Shown here piece after piece: positions 52,187-64,000 of a stretch of DNA of 64,000 nucleotides. The stretch's first letter is position 1. Each line of letters starts with the position of its first letter. The position numbers were made by a program, and so were the translations under genes. The notes below the pieces were generated by a model. The model was not told the DNA's origin and searched no databases. It saw only the letters and a program-made list of their open reading frames with translations. The stretch covers positions 47,526,166 through 47,590,165 of the forward strand of contig NC_057728.1 of the NCBI RefSeq assembly GCF_004010195.1. Direction: 5' to 3'. The DNA comes from Chiloscyllium plagiosum (Eukaryota).

Positions 52187-53777
52187 TAGTGCTAAACAGA
52201 GTCTTCTCTTCCCCCGAGAGGAAGGTATATATTGGGGCCTAAGGATTAGCTTTTATTGATATAAATATTACATATGTTCTTTTTGAAGATTAGACTCTCT
52301 ACAGTGTGGAAACAGGCAATTCAGTCATGACCTAGACTCAGGTGTTTTTAAAAATTTACAGACAACACAAAACTTAGAAATATTGTGACCTGCGAGAAGG
52401 ATAGAGGGACCACCAGACCAAAATAAATAGGAACAGGAAAAGGCGATCCTGCCCCTCGAGCCATCTCTAACATTACTCATCAAGAATCTGTCTTAGCCTT
52501 AAATATACACACGAACTCTGCCCTCAGAGCACCCTGATGCAAGGAATATCAAAGATACTTAACCCTCTGAGAAGAAATTCCTCCTCATCTCAGTTTTAAA
52601 GTGGTGCCCCTAATTCTGAGATTATGCTGTCCGGTCTTAGACTTTCCCATGACAGAAAATATCCTATCAGCACTTACCCTGTCAATCCCCTTAACAATCG
52701 TATATGTCTTCATGATATCACCTCTCATTTTCCTAAATTCCAGTGAATAGAATCCCAAGCTGTACAATCTTCACCCATAAGACAATCCCTCTATACCAGG
52801 AATCATCCTGGTGAACCTTCTCTGAATTGCATCCAATAAAATAATATTTTTTTCTGAAATAAGGGGATGAAAAGTGCTCACAGTATTGTTGATGTGGTCT
52901 TACCAGCACCTTGTACAGTCACAGTAAAACTTCATTGCTCTTATACTCCAACCCCATTGATATAAGGGCCAACATTCCATTAGCCTTCCCGATTACCTGC
53001 TGCACCTATACTCTAGCTTTCTGTGTTTTTCTGTTCAATTACCCCCAAGCCCCTTTGTGAGGGAGCTTTCTGCAGTTTTTCTCTGTTTAAATAACACTGT
53101 TCTTTTTGGAAGGGAGAACAACTTCACATTTTCCTAAATTTTGCCAACTTTTTGTCCAGTTACTTAAACTCAGTAATAAGACTTCAAAACATTCTTCTAG
53201 GGTACAAAGCTAAAAGAGGGTGCAGGAATAGAGAAACCTTCGGTGTATGTGCATAAATAGATGAAAGCAGTGAAGCTATGTGAGAAATTGTTAAAAGGTC
53301 ATACAGCATCCCAGGCTTCTTAAATCAAGCCATGCAGTCCAAAAACAAGCAAGATGGGTGAACTGTTATAAAACACAAGTTCTAACTTGACTAAAGAACT
53401 GGGTTCAATCTCAGCATAGTACCTCAGAAAAATCTGAAGGTACTAGACAGGCTGCTGGAAAGATTTATGACAATGGATCCAGAGATGAGGGAATTTAAAA
53501 TACAAGGGTAAATTGAATAATCTAGGCATTTTTTTAATGAAAAGAAAGAGGAGGGCAGATTTAGTGTCAATATCCAAAACTTTGAGGGGTGCAAACTGAG
53601 TAAATAGACAGGAAGTGTCCTCAATGGCAGAAGTACAAGAAGCTAAGGACACTGATTTAAGGTGATTCGTAAAACAACATGAGAAAAAATGTTCTACAAA
53701 ATAAATGATTAGAATCTGGAATGCACTTCTTTGATTGGAACACTTAATCAGAGATTCCAAAAAGACAGCTAAACATG

Positions 53778-54340
53778 TGAAGAGAACACCTCTGGGACAC
53801 CCGCACCAACCAACCCAACTGCCCTGTGGCTGAACACTTTAACTCCCCCTCCCACTCCGCCAAGGACATGCAGGTCCTTTCCGTCCTCCATCGCCAGACC
53901 ATGGCAACACGATGCCTGGAGGAAGAGCGCCTCATCTTCTGCCTAGGAACCCTCCAACCACAAGGGATGAATGCAGATTTCTCCAGGTTCCTCATTTCCC
54001 CTCCCCCTCGCCACCTTATCTCAGTCCCAACCCTCGGACTCAGCACCGCCTTCTTGACCTGCAATCTTCTTCCCGACCTCTCCGCCCCCACCCCCTCTCC
54101 GGCCTATCACCCTCACCTTAACCTCCTTTCACCTATCGCATTCCCAATGCCCCTCCCCCCAAGTCCCTCCTCCCTACCTTTTATCTTAGCCTGCTTGGCA
54201 CACCCTCCTCATTCCTGAAGAAGGGCTTATGCCCGAAATGTTGATTCTCCTGCTCCTTGGATGCTGCCTGACCTGCTGCGCTTTTCCAGCAACACATTTT
54301 TCAGCTCGGATCTCCAGCATCTGCAGTCCTCATTTTCTCC
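53778..54340 (+). mobile_element. Neptune-type PLE 3' end (GIY-YIG C-terminus + pLTR with family A hammerhead)
   Basis: EHLWDTR..PVAEHFNSPSHS..EERLIFCLGTLQPQGMN; CUGAAGA-A-GGGC-UUAU-GCCC-GAAA-UGUU at 54215-54242. Confidence 0.88.
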
Positions 54341-54887
54341 AAGGGAAAATAATATGAAGGGTTACAGTGAAGTGTGGAGGAGAGGGAAATGCTATTGCGG
54401 AGACTGGACAAAGACAGAATAGCTACAAGATTGAAGGAGACCATTTTTTTGGCCTCTATGATTCTTTGCTTCTATCATTCTTTATGACTGAGAATAGCCT
54501 TGCAATTCCTTCATTTAGTTCAATACCTTGGATAAATCAGTAATAAAAATGGAATCAGTAAAATGTTGGGGAGCTGCAACAACATAACAGAACAGACCGA
54601 TAGTGAGGGCCCTGATGGAGACAGCCTTAGCAAGGTGGAGTGATTTAGTGAAAGCTTTAGGGTGTGCGACCAGGTAAAATAGCTGAAGATCCACCAACTG
54701 GAGTTGAAGCAAAGGAGAGGAGGGATAGAAAGGAAAACAGATAAAAGTTTACCTATTTCACTTTTCTATGCTGTAGCTTTGTAAAATGAGAAAATAGCAG
54801 TACAAATTATAACGCAAGTAACAAATTTGTTAGTAAATATGCCAAAATGTTTAATCAATGTAAATATTTAAGTTGTAAATAAAATCA

Positions 54888-55205
<318 letters not shown>

Positions 55206-56158
55206 CTATGAATGGACATAACAGAGATTAGCATATCCAAAATTAAAGAGAAGCGTTACAGCTTTAACTAAAGCTGATAAATTTGAAAAATAAGAGCGTT
55301 GTTGGGTAATTGCTAAGAAGCTATAGTCCTGGAAACAGGAATCGCTTTCATGAAAAAATACAAGATTTCTTTCACCCAAATCAGACATAATTTACCATTG
55401 CAACATTTTAGACAGAATACAAGTCATCTGAGTTGTTTATGACAGTCCAATGTCTATTTTTCCATAATTGCTTCAGCGAGTTTATCCTTCTTATGTATCG
55501 TGAAGTTTGAGTTTATGAAAAAGATCAAGTCTAGCTACTCACAGACACACTTGCAATCAGCTGACATAGCTTGATGAACTGCTTCAGATTCACTCACTGG
55601 AACAAATATAGATGGAAATTCTGACAGAATTTGAGACGGTAATGATAAATGATTTCCATCAGTTGCTGAATTGGTAGGGCTTGCAAATTTAGAATTGAAA
55701 AAAATAGCAAGATGTTTTTTTCCTCTATATAGAAGTCTTAAAGGTTATTTTAAAAATATAGAATTGCTTGTCACAAGAGACTCTTGAAATTGACCAAAGC
55801 AATGTATATAATAGCATTCAACATTTGAAGACATTTCTGCACAATAGACCAAATGCTCTACAAAGGTGTCGCAGAATCCACTTTCTCAATTATGAACAAA
55901 ATGTAGGTCATGTTTCAATACGATCATAGCTAATGGTTGTAAGAAAAAAAATGATGTTGAAATACAAAATAAATTTGCATTCATATTGTACCTTTCCCAT
56001 ATTCAGGATATCTGTATATGAAATATTATTACCCTTGTTTCTCTCCCCACAGATGCTGCTTGAGTTGTTAAGCTTCAACGTTTTGTATTTTCCATCAGAT
56101 TCCGAGGAATTTCAATATTTTCATTTTAAACACCCCATTAAACATGTTTTCGTTATAT

Positions 56159-56374
56159 TAAGAAAAAACTGCGGGTGCTGGAAATCAGAAACAAACTGAG
56201 AAATTGCTGGGAAAAACCCAGCGGCACCTATGGAAAGGAAGCAGAGTTAACTTCTCAGATCCAGTGACCTGTTCTGAAGAAGGGTCACTGGACCCAAAAT
56301 GTTGACTCTGCTTTCTTTGCATCAGATACTGCCAGACCTGTTCAGTTTTCACAGCAATTTCTATTTTTGTTTAT
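56159..56374. mobile_element. Palindromic family B element
   Basis: Arms inverted around GUU-CUGAAGA-A-GGGUC-ACUG-GACCC; TSD ATGTTTTC(G/A)TTATAT at 56144-56158 and 56375-56389. Confidence 0.82.
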
Positions 56375-58190
56375 ATGTTTTCATTATATAATGTTTTCAC
56401 AAGATATTTAAAATTCCAACTTTAAAGGATTAAACCATGCTTCATCTTCATTACAATGTAATGTAAGATAGACTGTGGCGTTAAAATAAACTTATGAAAA
56501 ATCCATCTGTTTTCGTTAAGACCATGTGCTGCATCCATTTCAAGAAATTAAGCATTCGATTTCGATTGCATTGCTTGCCTTCCCAGGCAATTTTATAGCA
56601 TATTTGATCTTCAGCATACTGCAAGTCTTCAGACTTACAATATAACATTTAAGTACAAACTAAACTAATTTCCTCCAAGTGAAAATTGGGAAGATTGAAA
56701 CCACTGTCTCAAGTTTCAGTTTACCAACTCCATTTTTGTCCCCGGCAACAGTCTGAAATTAAATCTATCATATTTAATGCAGATAAATTTCCAACCAACT
56801 ATTCACACTATCTCCTTTGCATTGCCCATATTCACTCAACTGAACTCCACAACCCTATAAGAATCTTAGGAGGATTGATTGAGTCAATGCAAAGAGGTTG
56901 TTTCCCTTTATGGGAGAGCACAGGCCAAGAGGGCATCATGTTAGTGCAAGAGGCTGCCTCCTTCAGACATAGTGGAAGGATTTCTTATCTAAGATAGTCA
57001 ATCTGTAGAATCTTTTTACCACAGATGGCTGCTGAGGTAGGGTTCTTAAGTATTTCAAGGCTGAGAAGGATTGATTTTTAATTAGTAAGGGAATCAAAGG
57101 TTTTGGAGAAAGTGGAGTTGATTATCAGGTCAATCATATTCTAACTGAATGGTGGAACAGACTGAATGAGCTAAATGGCCTACGGTCTTATGGTCAGTTT
57201 CAGTTCATCTCTTCGGAAATTCTTTCTCCTGCCTTTGTTAAATCTGGACTTGACAATTCCAACACAATCTTGACTGATCTCCCATATTAAAGGGTGACAA
57301 TAACTAATTTTATTCTCGATAAACACGGTCATTCAAAATTTGGCTGCCTATGTCTTAACTTTCAAAAAAATTCCATTCACCTATCACTCCTGATGTACAT
57401 TGGCTCCTCCTTAAGCAACATGATGATTTTGAAATTTTCGACTATGTTTCCAATCCTCTACACTGCCTTGCCCCATTCCATCTCCAATCAGCCACACAAC
57501 CCTGAGGTACCTGCGCATCTAATTCTGTCCGCTTGAACATCTATGGTTTTAATTTTTCCAGCATAGATAAACATTTCTTCAGTCACATTGGAGTGGAATT
57601 TTTTGCCGATACCTTTCTGGCTCCCTACCTCCTTTAAAGAGGCTTTTAAAAACCTAATTCATCCACCAAGCCTTTGACAATCTGACCATGTTTGGGGTCA
57701 TATTTTATAGTGATCCTGTGAATTGTCTTGGGAAGTTTTATTGCAAAGGAAGTAAGAAGGCCAAAAGGTGTAGAGAGGAAATTCTTGGCCAATGCTACTC
57801 ATGGCATGCTTGTCAATATAAATACAAGATGTTGCTACTTCCTTGTAAATGTCTTCATTCAAATAGAAACTAAAAATTGTGAGAATGGCAAGGCAATGGA
57901 ACAAGTACTGACGTGGAAATATGTTGAAGTTTCCTTAACAATGGAATACTGAGTTGAATGGTATTTTTTTGTTTGTTGGAATAGGGTCTGTGTTACTCTG
58001 GTGAACACCGAGGATGTCTCAGTTCTGGCTAGGAACCATATGTGTGAGATCTAATCCAGCGCAATCCTCTAAATTCAACCAGTCTACTTAATGTACATGG
58101 GTTAATATTATTCTATGTATTAGTAAACATCTACTGGCAATGTAACTGAAGTAGAAAAAGTAAAACATCAAAATTTTATACATTTGTTTA

Positions 58191-58400
<210 letters not shown>

Positions 58401-58419
58401 TCAAGTCATGAATCAGAAC

Positions 58420-59470
58420 TCTTTTCAATGATTTTACACAGGACACCAGCATCATCCTAGCAACATATGAAATTTCACAGGTATATCCTGTCAAGACAAA
58501 GAACAAATCCAAAACAGTCAATCAAGCAAGCTCCGGTCATTAGCAAAGTGAAGGAAGGATTGTCGACAGCATTAACAAATAGCATTTGTTTAGCAATAAC
58601 CTGCTCACTGATACTCAGTTTAGGTTCACCAGGGCCACTCAGCTCGGAAACCCATTACAGCTTTGGTCCATGCATAAGCAAAAAAAGCTGAACTCCAGAG
58701 GTGAGCTAAGAGTGACTGCTCTTGTTGCCTTGATGATGACAACACTTGACAAGTACATCATCAAGATCCCCAAGCAAAACTGGAGTCAATTGGAATCGGG
58801 GAAACTTCTCCATTGTTTGGAGCCATATGTAACATTCAAGGAGATCTCTGCAGTACTGGGATGTCACTGCATGAGTTCCTTAGTATTATTTGCAACTCTT
58901 TAGGTACAATGCAGTCAGCACCTGTATGTGGTGAAATGTCTAGGCTTGGGTTGACAAGTGGCAACAAGTAGCATTCATATCACACTGATGTCAGACAATG
59001 TCTATCTCTAACAAAGGAGAATCTAATCACCTTTCCTAGGTGTTCAATAGCATGACCAGAGCTCAACTGCTACCATCAAAATCCTGGGAGTTACCACATA
59101 ACTGAAAGCAAACAGGAGCAGCCATGTAAATAATGTGGCTGCACAAGTGAAGGTCAGAGGCTGTGAATTCTGCAGCAGGTAGTTCTCCGAACTCCTAAAA
59201 GGGTGTCCACCATCAACAATGTTCAAAATGTCAGGAGTGCTATGGAATACTCTCCACATGTTTGGTCAAATACAGCTCCACTTCACTCAAGATGTTGGAC
59301 TCATTCAGAAGAAAGCAACCTGCTTGATTAGTATCAAGCCCACCAGCTTCAATGTTCATGCCCTCCACCACTGATGCTCAGTAGCAGCAGTGTGTAACAC
59401 CGACCAGATGTGCTGCAGAGATTCAGCAAGGTACCTTAGACAGAACCTTCCAAAAGCAAATTCTGACTTT
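58420..59470 (+). mobile_element. Old LINE remnant (RT region); related pieces at ~20830-22090, 41300-41750 and 50880-51250
   Basis: LLTDTQFRF, ELRVTAL-type degenerate RT motifs and a shared 3' region. Confidence 0.55.
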
Positions 59471-62400
59471 TAACACCTAGCAGGCGATTTTGAAAAATTC
59501 ATTCCTGGGATGTGGGCATCACTGGCTGAGTCAGTACTTATTGCTAATCAATAGTTGACCTTAAGAAAGTGATTTGAGGTGCCTTCTTGAACTGGTAATC
59601 GGTAATCTCCAGAATGTCGCTAAATGTCAAGGGGCAATGGTTAGATTTTCTCTTCTTGGAGATTACTGCCTGGCACTTATAGACCCATACAGCAAGGAAA
59701 CAGATCCTTCAATCCAACTTGTCTGTGCTGACCACATGCATACTGCAATCTGACCTAGTCTCATTTGCCAGCATTTAGTCCATATTCCTCTAAACCCTTC
59801 TGGTTCATTTACCCATCCAGATGCCTTTCAAATGTTGTCGTTGTACCCGCCTCCACCATTTCCTCTTGTAGCTCATTCCATACACACACAACCTTCTGCG
59901 TGAAAAAATTATCCTCTCAGGTCCTTGTTAAATCTTTCCTCTTTCATCTTGAACCTATGCCCTCTAGTTTTGGACTCACCCACCCTTGGAAAACTACCTT
60001 GGCTATTCACCCTACCCATGCCCCTCAATGTTATAGACCTCTCTAAGGTCACCTCTCAGGCTCCAATATTCCAGCCTATTAAGCCTCTCCCTATAGCTCA
60101 AATCCTCCAATCCCAGCAACATCTTTGTAATTCTTTTCTGCGACCTCAGGTTTATCAACGTCCTTCCTATAGGGGGGCAACATCAGTTTGTGCTCTTTGG
60201 TTTTGCCGATTTCATCTTGTTTATTTCTTTCTTTTTCCCTTCATGATGCATTCAGATAGCTGCCAAGCAAACAAACATCGAAGCCTCATCTGGACACAAC
60301 CTTTCTTCCTGGACTATATCCATTACACCTCTTTTGCTTCTGCATCACAAAACATTTGGTGGTTAATCTCCTGTGGTCTCCTCTCTAATGTAGACATTGC
60401 ATTTTATTTTTCCTGCCCCCTTCATCTTCCACTGGCTTAAAAACTCTTTCTATTCATTCACAACATATAGATGGCAAAGGCTTGACTGAATTTATTCCCC
60501 GTCCCTAACTGCCCCAGAGGAGTGGATAGTGAGCTTCCTTTTTGAAACACTGCAGACCACATGGAAGGAGCAGTGAGATAGTCCCAAGTCAAGATGGTGT
60601 GCTGCTGGTTGGGAAACGTGTAACTGGTCCCAGAGGACTGGAGAACTTTTAAATGTGGTTCCGATATTTAAGAAGGGTTATAGAGATAAGCCAGAGAGCT
60701 ACAGACCACTGACTCTCATGTCATTGGTAGGGAAACTGCTGTGTGGTACAAATGTTACTTGCATCTCGTCAGCCCAAATGTGCTATACATGCTGAAATTG
60801 GGAAAGACTGCCCGAGGATCTGAGGAGTTGCAAGTGGTGATTATTGCACGAGTGAACATACCCTCTTTACAATGGAGGAAAGGGAAGATGCATGGGGCCA
60901 TCCCTTCTGAACAAATACCAACCTGAATAGGATCGATATCACCATTCTTCAATTGTTGTTCGGTCAAAATCCTGGAATTCTCCCTATCCAACAGCACTAG
61001 TCGTACCTACCCCCATGTACTGCAGTGATTCAAGGCGGCAGCTCATCAATTTCTTAAGAGCTATTAGGGATGAGCCAAAAATGCTGGCCTAGCCAATGAT
61101 ATTCACATCCCATCAACAAATAAGATAAATTCAATTCACAGATAGTATTTATCACAACAGCATGACATCTTCTTTCAATCATTTTCTGAACCCATCATTG
61201 CCAGAAGTTCTCTTTCTCATTACCAATACTCCATTTTCAGTCCTGCATCAAAAAAATTATAATAGGTCATATGAGATATACATTAAGATTGAGAGTAGCA
61301 AGGACAGTGAGAGGTTGCTATGCTACATTCTGCTACTCAGGAATCACACAAAGTGAAGCATGAATGGACATTATGTACATTGTCAGGGGCAAAACTGTCA
61401 TAGAACCCGAATCCCAGTGATGTTATGTAAAGCTAAAAGGAAAGCATTTATCTATGGAAGAAAGTTTGAGAATCAAAAAGTGAAGACAAAGAGAAAGATA
61501 AAGCAAAAAAACAAGACTTTTCTTAAAGAAACTTCTGGATTCAGGCACAGCCTATCAGCAGTGGGTTAAGATAGACTTATTCAACTTCCATCAAATAACA
61601 TCTCAGCTAATTTTTGTTTTGCTCTTCAATTATTAAAAGTGTCAATAGCAGAATTCCTTCAGCAGGCAATGAAATTTGCAAATAAAAATGGAAACATCTA
61701 ATTTATGGGCAAAATAGATTTAAATAATATTAACAAAATTAATGATTCATAATACACAGAATAAAGAAGAAATAACGTCTGATCAATTGATTTCTAGCTG
61801 TTTAAGATATCAAAGGATATGGACATAGCATTGGAAACTGGCATTGGGATAAAGGATTAGTGTGACTGAATTGAATAGTACACCAGATGAGGGGCCAAAT
61901 AATCTACTGCTATTTCCTTTGACTAATAATAGTGTCTTGATATTTCATGTTTTAATTTGAAAACAGGAATGATAAGCTAGATTAATTATAACAATGTTTA
62001 TTCCATATGTTTAATTATACAAATATTGCATTAGTTTTCAACTATTCAATAAAAGTATGTTTGTAATGTGGTCAGTTTAGTGTTTGAGTATTGATTACAT
62101 ATAAAAATAGTATTAGCTTAATCTGCAACTTTCTTACCCCACCCACCACCTCAAACAGTTCTGACCATTCCTATTATTTATAAAACGTGACCATGTACAA
62201 ACGTGTTCACTCTATTTACATTTGAAGTTTAAAAGAATCAGGGTGCTGCCTACTGTCTTCTCCCATTCAATTTAACAGAGAGTGAAAATCTGACAAAATC
62301 TTATGCTTTTCTAAAGCTCAATAACACACTTCTTTAACAATGTAGTCAATCAATTTAGATTATTCTCGAAGGCTTTTTTTGTAAGAATATACAGTACATA

Positions 62401-62748
62401 ATTCGTCCAAATTACTGGTGGTGAAATGAAGGTGTATTTACAACAAAGTATTGCATTCCTGTGGAAGAGAGGTTCAAAAGTCAATGGTAGATCCTCAAAT
62501 GCAGTGTAATCATGATTTTGAGAGTTTAAAACTTAACATTCATGAAGGCACTAGCTAACATACATTTTGGAAACCAAGAGTACCAGGTTGGAGACATGAA
62601 TGTAAATAGGCTCTTTAATCTTTAAACACTTTAATAAGTGTTTCATCAACTACTTATCCTTCAGAATATTAAATACTGTAGTTTTTAACAATTAGATATT
62701 TAATATCAAACACACTGTATGCTTACTCCAAGTTACAAAAAGGATTTA

Positions 62749-63039
<291 letters not shown>

Positions 63040-63319
63040 CTAGTGAATTGATGATTAATCTTTGCTTTCGAAGGAACGGGTACAGTTTGGTTCGGATCTT
63101 ATTTACTAAAATCAGCGCTGCCTCAAACTCATACACTATATTCACAATACCTCTGCTGGTCGCAGTTTGGGGAAACATTATTACCATTTTCGTCCAAGGG
63201 ATTTGCCTTTCACAGTTTGCAGACAAGCAGTGGCTGCTGTGGAAGATATATATAGGGAGACTCGGAGAAGACAGGTCCAGCCTCTTAACACAGACAGCTC
63301 AGCTCAAGTCAGGTCACAC

Positions 63320-63450
63320 CCCCTCCTAAAACCGGTCCCGACCCCACTCAACGTTGAACTTGGCTCCTGCCGCCCGCAAAATGACAGCACTTCCTGGAAG
63401 AGACAACCACTAACTTCCGCCTAGCAGTTTCTAACCAATCAGAAGGGTGT
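63320..63450 (-). promoter_or_regulatory. Probable TMEM19 promoter
   Basis: CpG-enriched patch with two ETS-type ACTTCC motifs (~63389, ~63413), GC-rich CCGCCC and CCAAT (~63434), upstream of the first coding exon. Confidence 0.55.
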
Positions 63451-64000
63451 AATCGAATATTAAATACTGCCCCCCTCAGGCCTAACGATGCAATAAAAAA
63501 GCTGAACTGGCAAAAAATAAAAATCATTTACTGTAATAGAAAACACAGATATTGCTGGGGAAATCCAACAGATCTAGCAGTAGGGTGAAACTGCGCTATC
63601 GTTTCGAGTCCAATGGACATCCTTCGCAGCTCTTCTTTCTGACCTTAGGATGTCCGCAGAGCACTTTGTGGTTCATTAAGTGTTTACTTCAACTGTAATT
63701 AATGTACTGAGAGTCTTGCGTTGGCAATGATAGCGAAATTGTCAGCTTAATTATACCACCAAGACTGACTCTGTGACTCAAAGTCCGTGCAGACACAGAG
63801 GGGAAAAACTGTTTTAAAAAAGTAAAACTTGGAAATGAACGTACTGGTCGCACTGAGGTTCCATTTGACCTTTTTGAGTGGTTTTCTTTCACTTATCATC
63901 AACGATTCTCGTTTCACCAGAGGTCACGCATTTGAAACTCAAAGTTAACAATGTATTGTCAATAGCTTCCATTTCTATGTAAGTCTCGCTGTTGAAACCC

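Noticed and set aside
63500..63630. Hammerhead in the TMEM19 upstream region
   Set aside because: Family B-like remnant, but the CUGANGA core is destroyed

Overview
This window is repeat-rich vertebrate genomic DNA. It is most likely from a cartilaginous fish, inferred from HE1-like tRNA SINEs with (TCTAA)n tails and abundant CR1 and Penelope-like elements. Two known genes lie on the minus strand: the complete six-exon TMEM19 CDS (62871->48101) and coding exon 1 of RAB21 (5407->5267). Between them I find a third minus-strand gene that the ORF track hides. It has a CpG-rich TATA/CCAAT/E-box promoter at ~23.2-23.4 kb, a non-coding first exon and four tiny phase-compatible coding exons. These splice into a 74-aa protein with a Spo12-type double-SP box (FRSPTDSMLSPCSQRL). 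The second major signal is a dense population of Penelope-like element (PLE) derivatives carrying minimal hammerhead-ribozyme motifs (CUGANGA-stem II-GAAA plus a palindromic stem III). They fall into at least four sequence families. They occur as ~110-130 bp solo insertions with 12-15 bp TSDs that begin at the ribozyme core, as head-to-head palindromes, and as a ~392-nt tandem retrozyme-like repeat. The rest is decayed CR1, L1/Tx1-like and L2-like LINEs and SINEs, often deeply nested. All calls were made by eye and no database searches were run.
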